Positions 37,905-47,766 of a stretch of 64,000 nt of DNA are shown here, in pieces; the stretch's first letter is position 1; every line of letters starts with the position of its first letter. Source of the stretch: Bryobacteraceae bacterium (GTDB taxonomy: Bacteria; Acidobacteriota; Terriglobia; Bryobacterales; Bryobacteraceae); contig CAWGVL010000047.1 of NCBI GenBank assembly GCA_963825845.1, positions 40,416-104,415 on the forward strand, written 5' to 3'. Both the position numbers and the translations under genes were made by a program. The notes under the pieces were generated by a model that saw nothing but the letters and a program-made list of their open reading frames with translations, did no database searches and was not told the DNA's origin.

Positions 37905-38450
37905 TTGGAGACGGCGAACACTCGGATCGTGTCGCCGCGCATTCGCGCTGGTGCTGAGATCCGAACTGTGCCAGACGCGATACTATTCTGTGGCATTCGA
38001 TACGCTGCATGATGCCATTGCGAATCCCGAAAATCGGCCGGGTTGAGTTCCGCGTCAGGTATGTTGCTACAAGAGAGACGGTTCAAGCCGAATCGCGCTT
38101 GAGCAATGAGAGTCGACTTAAACGCGAGTGTCTCGTTGAGCGAAAAGAATTGCGTTCGCGCGTGGAAGGTATGCTCAAAGCCGGGACGGTGTTGCCGATG
38201 TACGTGGGCTCTATGCTCCTACTGATCGATGCTGTAGTAGCCGTGCAACTGGTCATTCCGACTGAACGTGTGACTGATGTCGATGCCCATTTGATCGTTG
38301 TCGACTGGAGCCGAAGCCGAGCCGAAAAACCCGCGACGTGCCACCGGAGTCGATGAATTCCGCCAGTGGAAGAAGATAACCGGGGGAGTTGATCTTCGTT
38401 TCCGGAGATCGGAGCCAAACAGGGGATTTGACACCGTCGACGGTCTGCCG
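37905..38450 (-). pseudogene. fragment of a TonB-dependent-receptor-like / carboxypeptidase-regulatory-like outer membrane protein (tentative)
   Basis: Short pieces in different frames: FFGSASAPVDNDQMGIDISHTFSRNDQLHGYY and ARFGLNRLSCSN resemble barrel strands of acidobacterial TonB-dependent receptor-like proteins. No start, plug domain or C-terminus is present. Confidence 0.3.
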
Positions 38451-38451
38451 G

Positions 38452-39308
38452 CTAATAGGCAGTCAGGCCCACTTTCCGAAACTGCGCACAAGCTTCTCCG
38501 ACCTGATCCGCAGAAGGCGGATGACTATCGCGCAGTTTGTAATCGAGTCTCAGCGAGTCCCATTTAAAACGACCCAGTTGATGGAACGGCAACACATCAA
38601 CTCGAAGTACCACGTTAAGCCTCGCAGCAAAACGGGCAATGTTTTCGATGTCCCGCGGATCGTCCGTCAACCCGGGTACCAACACAAAGCGAAGCCATAT
38701 CGCTCTGTTTCGAGTGGCAAGGCGACGTGCGAAATTGAGGACCGGCTCGACATCCAGACCGGTAAGACGAAGGTGCCGGTCCGCGATCAAACGCCTTGAT
38801 ATCAAGCAATACCAGGTCAATCGTATTCAGGTCTTCGTCGGTCAGTCGATCGCCAAAGTACCCATTAGTATCCAACGCGGTGTGGATGCCCATAGCCCTG
38901 TGCTGCGGCAAAGAGTTTCGCGGCAAACCGGTGCTGCATGAGCGGCTCTCCACCGCTCAGAGTGAAACCACCCGACATGATCCTCAACCCATGCCGGTAC
39001 TTGCGCAACTCCTCCACTGCAGTCTCGATGGTACCGGAATGCCATTCATCATGTTCCAGGTATCCGGGTTATGACAATACAGGCAGCGGAACTGGCATCC
39101 TGATGTCCAAGCGACAACACGGACGCCCGGACCGTCGACGGTGGAACCGGTGGTAAACGAATGCAGGAATCCCATATCGCCGCTGGCTAGCGCCGATCTG
39201 GACATCCGATCCGGGCACATCCGCTAGCGAGCCTACGCGAAGTTCATGCGGGCTTTTCGCCTGCAGCGGAGTTTGTCGCGCTGTTTGAGCTACAGGCATG
39301 AGATTCAT
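38452..39308 (-). pseudogene. pflA: pyruvate formate-lyase activating enzyme (radical SAM), at least 3 frame breaks
   Basis: [39 protein letters not shown] (ORF 38984-39220). [50 protein letters not shown]...LVLLDIKA (ORF 38615-38953). LRFVLVPGLTDDPRDIENIARF...DVLPFHQLGRFKW (ORF 38452-38820). An ATG at 39308 overlaps the pflB stop. Confidence 0.85.
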
Positions 39309-41559
39309 CGTCCATGGAAGGTGCGGTTGATCACGTCCATCTGCTGCTCGCGCGTCAGGCGCACGAAATTCACTGCATAACCGGATACTCGTATGGTGAG
39401 GTGCGGATATTTTTCCGGGTGATCCATCGCATCCATCAACATGTCACGATTGAGAACGTTGACGTTAATGTGGTAATCCCGTAGTACTAAAGTAAGCATC
39501 CAGCATGCTCGGTGAGATTGGTAATCTGATCCGCCGGAACACGGCCCAGACCTTGCGGTACGAGCGAAGCGGTAAGAGAGATGCCGTCCTCCGCATCGCG
39601 ATAGGGAATCTTGGCGACGGAGGCAGCAGCGGCCTGAATTCCATGGCTGTCCCTGCCGTGCATCGGGTTGGCGCCGGGAGCAAACGGTTCTCCCTTACGC
39701 CGCCCATCCGGAGTGTTGCCGGTAGCTTTGCCGTATACGACATTCGAAGTGATCGTCAGAATGGACTGTGTATGACGCGCATTGCGATAAGTGGGATATT
39801 TCCTCAACTTGTTCATGAACGTGCTCACAAGCCAAGCGGCAAGTTGATCCACGCGATTGTCGTTATTTCCGAATTTCGGAAATTCGCCTTCGGTCAAGAA
39901 GTCGGTATCAAGGCCGGATTCGTCCCGGATCGACACGCACTTTTGCATAGCGTATCGCCGAAAGACTGTCGGCGACCACGGACAGGCCCGCCATACCAAA
40001 AGCCATGGTACGAACGGGAGCGTAGTCATGCAGCGCCATCTCGATACGCTCATAGGCATACTTGTCGTGCATGTAGTGGATTACGTTCATCGCATTGACA
40101 TAAACGCCCGCAAGCCAGTCCATCATCTCGTTCGAATCCGCCACAACATCGTCGATATCAAGGTAATCGCCTTCTACGTCCCCAGAGGCCGGCGCGATCT
40201 GCTCGCCGGTGATTTCGTCCCTCCCTCCGTTGATCGCATACAGCAGGCACTTGGCGAGATTGGCACGTGCGCCGAAAAACTGCATCTGCTTACCGATCAG
40301 CATGGGTGAGACACAGCAGGCAACGGCGCCATCATCTCCCCAGGCACGGCGCATAATATCGTCGCTTTCAAACTGAATAGAGCTGGTATCGATGGCTACC
40401 CGGGCGGCAAACGTTAAATCCGTCAGGCAAGCGCGGCGAATACCAGATAGTAAGGTTCGGCTCCGGTGCGGGACCTAAGTTATAGAGGGTTTGCAGAAAC
40501 CGAAAGCTGGATTTTGTCACCAGCGGCCGTCCATCGTCGCCACATCCCGCGATCGATTCGGTAACCCAGGTGGGATCGCCCGCGAAGAGTTCATCATAGT
40601 CGGGTGTGCGCAGAAAACGGACGATACGCAGCTTGATTACAAAATCATCGACGATTTCCTGGGCCTGCTCCTCAGTGATCACACCGGCCTCAAGATCGCG
40701 CTGAAATAGATATCAACGAAGGTCGATACCCGGCCCAACGACATGGCAGCGCCGTTCTGTTCCTTCACTGCCGCCAGATAGGCAAAGTAGAGCCACTGTA
40801 CCGCTTCGCGGGCATTGCTCGCCGGGCGGGAGATGTCGAAGCCGTACTTCCAAGCCATCTCCTGGGTTTCCTGCAGCGCGCGTATATGTTCGCTGAGTTC
40901 TTCGCGGTCGCGAATGATTTCTTCGGTCGACATGGCCGTGTCGAGGCTACGCTTCTCAGCTTCCTTGACCGCAATGAGGCGAGACAAACCATACAGTGGC
41001 ACACGCCGATAATCACCGATGATACGGCCCCTTCCGTAAGCGTCGGGAAGCCCTGTCAGGATATGAGAACTCCGGCACTTTCGGATATCCGCCGTGTACG
41101 CATCGAAGACACCATTGTTGTGGGTCTTGCGATACCTGGAAAAAGTTTCAACCACATGCGGGTCAGCTTCATAGCCATACGCCTTAAAAGCAGTCAAAAC
41201 CATTCGCAAACCGCCGTTAGGCATGATTGCGCGCTTCAGCGGCGCATCGGTCTGCAGCCCTACGATAATTTCCCGATCACGGTCGATATAGCCAGGCTCA
41301 TGAGCGGTGATCGAACTCGGAATCTGGGAAATGTCCAAGACACCTTTTCGACGTTCTTCTAGAAGAGTTCATTCAGCAGATCCCAGATTTTGTTCGTACG
41401 CTCGGTTGCGGATGCAAGAAACGATTCATCTCCTTGATAGGGTTGTAATTGTGCTGAATGAAATCCCGAACGTTGATCTCCTTCTGCCAAAGACCCCCTT
41501 TGAAATCCGCCAGGGAAAACGAGTTCCTTCGCTGTTTCGGGCAGTGCTGTTGCAGCCAT
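39305..41559 (-). pseudogene. pflB: pyruvate formate-lyase (glycyl radical enzyme), at least 7 frame breaks
   Basis: Colinear pieces: GLWQKEINVRDFIQHNYNP / YQGDESFLASATERT; ORF 40679-41338 (GLPDAYGRGRIIGDYRRVPLYG); 40368-40682 ([16 protein letters not shown]); 39908-40354 (ACCVSPM catalytic Cys pair); 39487-40059 ([20 protein letters not shown]); 39305-39499 (TIRVSGYAV glycyl-radical motif). Confidence 0.9.
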
Positions 41560-41579
41560 AGTGATTCCTCTCTCCTTGT

Positions 41580-42772
41580 CTATGCGTGGGCCGCGATCAA
41601 CCCGAGCAGCAGGCCCATATGCCGGGCGATCATCAGCTCTTCATTGGTCGGAATGACCCACGCGAAACTTTGCTTCCGCGCGACGAAATAAGGGAATCGC
41701 CGTGGACGTTGGCATTCATCATCGAGCTCAATTCCAGCCATGCGGACGATCGGCAGATCCGCCTCCGGATTTCAGCGGAGTTCTCTCCGATTCCGGCGGT
41801 GAAGACAAGTCCGTCAACTCCTCCCAAGTACGGCGGCCAGTGCGCCGATCTCTTTCGCCGCACGGTAGACGAAGTAGTCAACGGCGAGGCGCGCTTCTGG
41901 TTCAGGGCTCTCGAAGAAGATCGCGCATATCGTTGCTCATCCCTGAGATGCCAAGCAGGCCAGATTTTTTATAGAGCATCGTTCGGCACTCATTCGCAGT
42001 CATTCGCAGATTTTGAAACAGGTGCAGAATGACGCCAGGATCGAGGGAGCCCGGCCTTGTGCCCATGCAGAGTCCGTCGAGCGCTGTAAACCCGAGGCTG
42101 CAATCGACACTCTTGCGGTCCTTCATCGCGCAAAGACTGGCGCCGCTTCCAAGGTGAGCTACGATGACTCGTCCTTCGGCGATCTCGGGCGATATCTGCG
42201 GCAACGCCGTCGCGATGTATTCGTAGGAGAGACCGTGAAAGCCATATCGCTGCACGCCTGACTCGCGAATTTTCGCGGAAGTGGAACCAACTGTGCGAGG
42301 GGAGACTGGGTCCGATGGAAGCTTGTATCGAAGCAGGCTACCTGAGGCACATTCGGCAGCCGTTCGAAGACTGCGTGAATCGCGGCGAGATTGTGCGGCT
42401 GATGCAGCGGGGCAAGCGGCTCCAAGGCGTGCAAATCAGCGAGAACCTGCTCGTAATTACTGTTGGTCCCGTATATTGCGAGCCGCCATGCACTACACGA
42501 TGTCCAACGCCGAGGACCCGCGCGCCCGCATACGTGGATCTGAGCCACCCGGCGAGCGCACCGAGGGCACTACGCTGATCTGGATCGAGGTATCGAGTTG
42601 ATCGTCGACAAGGGCTCACCTGCGCTATACGGGCAGAAATGCGCGGGGACGTGCCGATCCCGTCGATCTGCCCTCTTGAGGCCAGCTTCCAACTCTCGCC
42701 CGACGGTCTCACAAACACACAGAATTTCAGACTTGACGATCCTGCATTTAGCACAAGCGCGTAATCATCCAT
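41580..42772 (-). pseudogene. ackA: acetate kinase, at least 4 frame breaks
   Basis: MDDYALVLNAGSSSLKF...GVGHRVVHGG (frame of ORF 42338-43147). [10 protein letters not shown]...VACFDTSFH (42159-42548). [12 protein letters not shown]...[12 protein letters not shown] (41902-42255). GVDGLVFTAGIGENS (41633-41881). VIPTNEELMIARHM-...-stop at 41580-41582. Confidence 0.85.
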
Positions 42773-43713
42773 GACTGACGCTCCTCGTTTGTTCTTTGCG
42801 GCGCGCGTGTGCCACCAAAGCAGGCAACCGCACAACTGGCAATCCGGGAGCGTACAGCTGTCGGCGCGGCTGGTCAGAACTATCGGGACTCGTGCGCCGA
42901 GCACTAATCCTGCGCTATCGGCATTTGCGAGAAAGGTAAGTTGCTTGGCGAGAATGTTACCGGCCTCAAGATCCGGGGCAAGTAGGATGTCGGGATCGCC
43001 GGCAACAGGCGGAATGATTTTCTTGGTCTTCGCAGCCTGCTTGCTGATGGCATTATCAAAGGCGAGAGGGCCGTCGAGAATGCCTCCAGTGATCTGCCCT
43101 CGTTCCGCCATTTTGCACAGCGCGGCGGCATCGATCGTCGCAGGCATTTTCGAAGTAACCGTCTCGACTGCAGCAAGAATGGCGATTTTGGGTTCCTTTA
43201 ACCTAGTGAGATCGCCATGTCGATAGCGTTCTGGCAGATGTCGACTTTGTCTTCGAGGGTTGGGGCGATGTTGATCGCCGCATCCGTCACGATAAGCACC
43301 TTGTGGTACGTGGGGACATCCATGATGAACACATGGCTAATACGGCGTCCGGTTCGCAGCCCCGTGTCGCGCGCGACGACAGCCCCCAGCAGTTCGTCCG
43401 TATGCAGGCTGCCCTTCATCAGCATTTCTGCCCTGCCCTCGCGCACCAGCTGCACCGCTCTCACAGCTGAATCATGGCTGTGTGGCGCGTCGATGATTTC
43501 GATTCCGCTGATGTTCAATTGTGATGATTTCGCTATGTCCCTGAGCTTGTCCGCAGGGCCGACAAGAATGGGAGTGATCAGGCCCCTGGCGCCGGCTTCG
43601 AGGGCGCCCTCGAGCGCCGATTGCTCGCAAGGGTGAACGACAGCGGCGGGTACGGGCGCCAAGCCCGCGCAGCGCTCGAGAAGTCGCTCGTATTTTCCCG
43701 TTCCAGGATTCAT
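42765..43713 (-). pseudogene. pta: phosphate acetyl/butyryl-transferase (short PTA_PTB family), at least 2 frame breaks; 3' end approximate
   Basis: ORF 43198-43713 reads VVHPCEQSALEGALEA...ITPILVGP...LMKGSLHTDELL...VTDAAINIAPTLEDKVDI. ORF 42338-43147 then reads MPATIDAAALCKMAERGQI.GGILDGPLAFDNA...GDPDILLAPDLEAGNILAKQL...GARVPIVLTSRADS. The C-terminal tail frame is ambiguous. Confidence 0.75.
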
Positions 43714-44951
43714 GCAGCCTCCACAGCAGTTTTTAGTTCGACACGCACGTGGCGGCCGGTTTCCTTCAGGGCAAGCGTTAGCACCATAGCGAGCGCTACG
43801 CCGTAGAGAAGCGGTTCAAATGTGACTTGGTATCGCTCGAGAGGCGTCCTCTCAGCCGCCCCGAGACCTTTCATGATCGATCCAAAAACCGGGCCTACGA
43901 GCGCACTAAACGTTAAGTTCAGAAAGCTGACCACACCCGTTGCCGTCCCACTAAGGCTCGGTGGGTTGGCTTCCTTGCTGACCGTATAAGTCAGCATCGA
44001 AGCCCCGGACGCGACACCGGCTATCAAGCCAACGAAATACGGCGGGAACACACCGGTTTGCCCATACAAAATCCAGGCGAGACAAGCTAGGAGCACGAAT
44101 GCTCCACCCACGATCACCGGCTTCCTGCGGCCTATACGATCGGAGAGCAGACCCAGCAGAGGACAACCAATAATCCACCCAAGCGGGACCATCGACGAAC
44201 GCATAACCGCATCGCCATAGTTAAATCCGTGCGCCTCCTGTAAGAATCGAACCCCCCAAATCATGTCGAAGATGGTGGTTGGAATGAAGAGGAGTCCTGC
44301 AATGAGACCACACAGAATGGTCTGAGGGTTCTTCAACACGGTAAACAGCGTTGCAACGGAACCTTTTTCCGAATCGAGGTTGCTCGAACGGCCGGGAAGA
44401 AGAAAGAACAGAACGGCCCCTATCAGTACGCCAGTCAGTCCCATCCCGGCCCAAAAAACAGCCCACGGCAAGCCTCTCGCGATCATCGGCCCTACAAGAA
44501 TCTGTCCCGCCCATCCACCGGCCATTCCGAACATCTGCGCGGCGCCCGTTAGGGTCGCTGCCAGCGACGACGGAAAGCTGTTGCTGGCTATATAAATGGT
44601 CCCGACTAGGGCAAACGCTCCTCCGGCGCCTTGAACTATCCGACCCACGGTGGCAAACGTCAAATCCCCGCTCGCAAAGAGCAACGAACCCAATCCAGTG
44701 AGAAGAGCGCCAGCCGGCAGTACTGCCCTTGCTCCGAACCGGTCAATGACCGCGCCGGCTATCAGGCTGAATGCGGAGTAGCCATAGTAGAAAACACCGA
44801 CCATCGATGCCGCTGCGATGGCAGTGAGGTTGTAGGCATCGGACAATTGCGGCAACATTACCGCAGGCGCCGAGCGGAGCGCGTACTGAAAAAAGTAAAA
44901 GGTAGCTGCGAGAAGCCACGCGATTCCGGCCGCGCCTGTGAGCGTTCGCAT
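43710..44951 (-). CDS. MFS transporter (substrate unknown)
   Basis: 413 aa with ~12 TM segments. GAVIDRFGARAVL is the MFS loop 2-3 motif. The stop overlaps the pta ATG (ATGA at 43710-43713). Confidence 0.8.
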   Translation of the reverse strand: MRTLTGAAGIAWLLAATFYFFQYALRSAPAVMLPQLSDAYNLTAIAAASMVGVFYYGYSAFSLIAGAVIDRFGARAVLPAGALLTGLGSLLFASGDLTFATVGRIVQGAGGAFALVGTIYIASNSFPSSLAATLTGAAQMFGMAGGWAGQILVGPMIARGLPWAVFWAGMGLTGVLIGAVLFFLLPGRSSNLDSEKGSVATLFTVLKNPQTILCGLIAGLLFIPTTIFDMIWGVRFLQEAHGFNYGDAVMRSSMVPLGWIIGCPLLGLLSDRIGRRKPVIVGGAFVLLACLAWILYGQTGVFPPYFVGLIAGVASGASMLTYTVSKEANPPSLSGTATGVVSFLNLTFSALVGPVFGSIMKGLGAAERTPLERYQVTFEPLLYGVALAMVLTLALKETGRHVRVELKTAVEAA

Positions 44952-44963
44952 TATCGAGCCCCG

Positions 44964-46601
44964 TTAGCAGAGTACGAGCGCCGCGAGTCCCGCCTCGGAC
45001 GTTTCTTTATATTTCGGATTCATGTCTTTGGCGGTCATCGCCATTGCAGCGATGCAGGTATCGAGGTCCACGCGCCGTCTGGTTTCGATCTCGTTGGAGG
45101 CGATGGTATATGCGGTCCAAGCCTTCACAGCCCCGAAGGCACAACGCTCGATGCAAGGTACTTGCACGAATCCGGCAATCGGGTCGCAGGTCATACCCAG
45201 ATGGTGCTCCAAAGCAGACTCGGCGCCATTTGCCGCCACCATAGGTCCCGCGAACTGTGACTCGGCCACCATAGCCGCACCCATAGCCGAGGCCACTCCA
45301 ATCTCAGCCTGACAACCGCCTTCCGCAGCCGATAAGGTGGCATTATGTTTGCACAAGTAGCCGACCGCAGCAGCAGCCAAAAACCCATTTCGGAGCGCCT
45401 GTGGTTGAACTTTGCGGTAATCGCGAAGACCCTTCACCAGCGCGGGAAGCACGCCGGCGGACCCTCCCGTGGGAGCTGTCACAATAATGTGCCCGCGCGC
45501 ATTTTCCTCAGAGGCGGCCAGTGCGGCAGCAGATAGTGTCGCAATGGCACGATCAGTTTGGAATTCGTTGCTCTGCGCGCGTTTGAATACGGTTGCGGCT
45601 TTGCTTTGAAGCCTGATGGGACCGGGCAGCACTCCTTCCGCTTTCAGCCCGGTGTTTACCATTCCCATCATTACGTCCGTGACTTGGTCGATGAAGTCCC
45701 AAACCTGTTTCTCGCTCTTCCCCGAGATAGCCATTTCGTTGACGAGCATCACTTTTGAGAGTGGGATCTTCTTGTCTACTACGTGGCGCAACAGCTCCTT
45801 CATCGTGGAGTATGGGTATTTCGGTTGGCCCTTGTCGGGCGGTTTGTAGCCCTTCCATTCGATGAAGCCGCCACCGACCGAGTAATACTCCAATTCGTAC
45901 AGCTTTTCCTGGCCTGCCATCAACACGGCGCGCATCGTGTTCGGGTGCGGATAAGTACCCTTTGTGTCGTCGAACACGACATCGTTCAGAGTGAGGTTAA
46001 GGTTTGTAGGACCAAGAACGAGTTTGTGCTGTTGGCCGGGATTTGCGGCCAAGCCGTCGAGAAACTCGGGCGGACAGGTTGCCGGGGCTTTGCCTAGCAG
46101 TCCGGCGAGCGCGGCACGGTCGGTGCCGTGGCCTTTCCCGGTCGCACTGAGACTTCCAAAGAGATTCACTTTCACTGCGGTGGCTCGCTTGAGCTGATCT
46201 TCAGGGAGCTTCGAGATTCGCTGGTAGAAGTCGTAGGTGATCCGCATCGGCCCCATGGTGTGAGAACTCGAGGGTCCGGGCCCCATCTTGAAGAACTCGT
46301 CAATCATGGTCATGACCGGAGCTTTGGACTTCTGGACGACATCGAGGTCGGGAGAGACCATTGACACCGGCACCACCGAGGCTTCTGGCGCCGCTTGCAC
46401 CTTCACTTCCTTCTGAGTAGAGCAGCCACTGAGAATTGCCGCGGCTCCTCCCAAAGCGGTGCGCGCCATCTCGCGCCGGCTCATGGATGCCGAATTCTTT
46501 TTCCCTGAGCTGGTTGTCGAACAAGACCCGCACGCGCTTGTGCCGCAGTCGCCGCAACCATCGCCGGCGCTTTTAATCACAGGGAATAGCTTTTCCATCA
46601 A
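44964..46601 (-). CDS. sdaA: L-serine ammonia-lyase (iron-sulfur, single-chain) with ~95-aa N-terminal extension
   Basis: The core starts at MTMIDEFFKMGPGPSSSHTMGPMRI and runs through GSLSATGKGHGTD...TGGSAGVLPA...LSAAEGGCQAEIG...GMTCDP. The ATG at 46601 is preceded by AAGGAG at 6-7 nt. The extension is described under findings. Confidence 0.85.
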   Translation of the reverse strand: MMEKLFPVIKSAGDGCGDCGTSACGSCSTTSSGKKNSASMSRREMARTALGGAAAILSGCSTQKEVKVQAAPEASVVPVSMVSPDLDVVQKSKAPVMTMIDEFFKMGPGPSSSHTMGPMRITYDFYQRISKLPEDQLKRATAVKVNLFGSLSATGKGHGTDRAALAGLLGKAPATCPPEFLDGLAANPGQQHKLVLGPTNLNLTLNDVVFDDTKGTYPHPNTMRAVLMAGQEKLYELEYYSVGGGFIEWKGYKPPDKGQPKYPYSTMKELLRHVVDKKIPLSKVMLVNEMAISGKSEKQVWDFIDQVTDVMMGMVNTGLKAEGVLPGPIRLQSKAATVFKRAQSNEFQTDRAIATLSAAALAASEENARGHIIVTAPTGGSAGVLPALVKGLRDYRKVQPQALRNGFLAAAAVGYLCKHNATLSAAEGGCQAEIGVASAMGAAMVAESQFAGPMVAANGAESALEHHLGMTCDPIAGFVQVPCIERCAFGAVKAWTAYTIASNEIETRRRVDLDTCIAAMAMTAKDMNPKYKETSEAGLAALVLC

Positions 46602-46838
46602 GGGCTCCTTTTATATGCCTCCGGCGCGCATCCAGTCGTGGGCTGATGCGGCACGATGATTCAGGTTCAGGATTTCAGGATTCTTTTCCTGGGGCTGCAG
46701 CGTCGAGTCCTTGCGAGTACACGGAAGCCAGCGCAGTTCGACTGGCTCAGGTCGAGGGCTTGTCGCCCGCGACTCATTCGCGCTGCAGAACTGCGGAGGG
46801 AGGACGGCGCCAGAGGTTCGCTTCGCCGAAGTCTGCCG

Positions 46839-47588
46839 TCACTGAATCTTCCAGTCAGACAGCAGTTGAAATTCCAGACGTGTTTCCGCGGGAATCTTGA
46901 GATGAGGTTGGCCGCTGGCGGACAATGCCGCACCGCCCGCGCCACCGGCCAGGGCGCCTATTGCCGCGCCCGATCCTCCGCCCGCGATCCCGCCTATGAT
47001 TGCTCCCAAGCCCGCGCCGCCGGCAACTTTCCTCGTCGATTTCTTTCCCTCACCCGCTGTTTTCGACTGCGCAACGCTTGTCACCACCTGATACGCGCGG
47101 CCCCGAACAGAAATCGAGTTTACCTTCAACTCGATCAGATCGCTCCCTTTGAATCGCCCGCCTTGGTCGACTTTGGCGGCTACAAGGACGACATCCGCGC
47201 CGCGCGGCACGATCACATCTCCCCCTAACATGATTGGGTCATCGACGGTTCCGCGAAATTGCGCTCCGGCTTTAGTAGAGTCAACATCGATCATCTCGCC
47301 GACGCGCACGCGAAATGGAGTGCCGGCCGGTACCATCACCGGAGGCCGAGCGTCGGATTCGTCCCGAGATCGCGCGTTTGCCTGAAAGAAGTTAAAAGAA
47401 AAAACCCCTTCAACCGGAGGCTTATTAGCTTGGGCGGATGGGGTTACGATGTCGCCATACCGAAAGCTTCCTCCGGCGAAGGCGCCGTCGAGAGCTTTCC
47501 CGTCGCGAGATCGACCGGTATCCGCCCCAAGCCACGAAGTTCCCCCGGTGAGCGTGAGGATTAGTACCTGAACCCAGACTTGTTTCAT
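46839..47588 (-). CDS. secreted protein with C-terminal glycine-zipper segment; function unknown
   Basis: Start taken at MKQVWVQVLILTLTGGTSWLGA (ATG 47588), because upstream ORF-track residues lack coding character. C-terminus: GGAGLGAIIGGIAGGGSGAAIGALAGGAGGAAL. Confidence 0.5.
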   Translation of the reverse strand: MKQVWVQVLILTLTGGTSWLGADTGRSRDGKALDGAFAGGSFRYGDIVTPSAQANKPPVEGVFSFNFFQANARSRDESDARPPVMVPAGTPFRVRVGEMIDVDSTKAGAQFRGTVDDPIMLGGDVIVPRGADVVLVAAKVDQGGRFKGSDLIELKVNSISVRGRAYQVVTSVAQSKTAGEGKKSTRKVAGGAGLGAIIGGIAGGGSGAAIGALAGGAGGAALSASGQPHLKIPAETRLEFQLLSDWKIQ

Positions 47589-47766
47589 AGTCGTTTCTCG
47601 AAGTGAAGTTCCGCCGGATTGATGCGACTCTCGCGTCGCGAGGTTTACAAAATCACTCCTAGCGTCAAGCGCGCCTGAACCCTCTGTGTACGAATATGTT
47701 GGACCCTGCAGGATCAAGGTGGAATCTGAGCTTTGACACGGAATCTTTGACCTGGAGGAACTGACA

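Noticed and set aside
42338-43147. The 269-aa ORF as a single protein.
   Set aside because: It is a chimera created by read-through. The N-terminal part is the C-terminal half of the phosphotransacylase. From MDDYALVLNAGSSSLKF onward it is the N-terminus of acetate kinase. Its last third is out of frame for both.
35816-43713. The whole interval from the tRNA to pta as one genomic island bounded by a direct repeat of the tRNA 3' end.
   Set aside because: Reading by eye I found no copy of the tRNA 3' segment downstream. The nearest look-alike, ctcaccctc near 37138-37146, is too short. The pfl-pta genes belong to an operon that starts beyond 46 kb. Only 35816-38450 is treated as an island remnant. 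A computational repeat search is still needed.
46602-46838. A possible glycine/serine-responsive riboswitch or T-box in the 237-nt leader of sdaA.
   Set aside because: I could not find the conserved glycine-riboswitch cores (GGAGAG ... ACCGAAGGGGCAA ... CTCAGGCAAAAGGAC-type elements, from memory), a T-box sequence, or a terminator/antiterminator pair. This would need a covariance-model scan to exclude formally.
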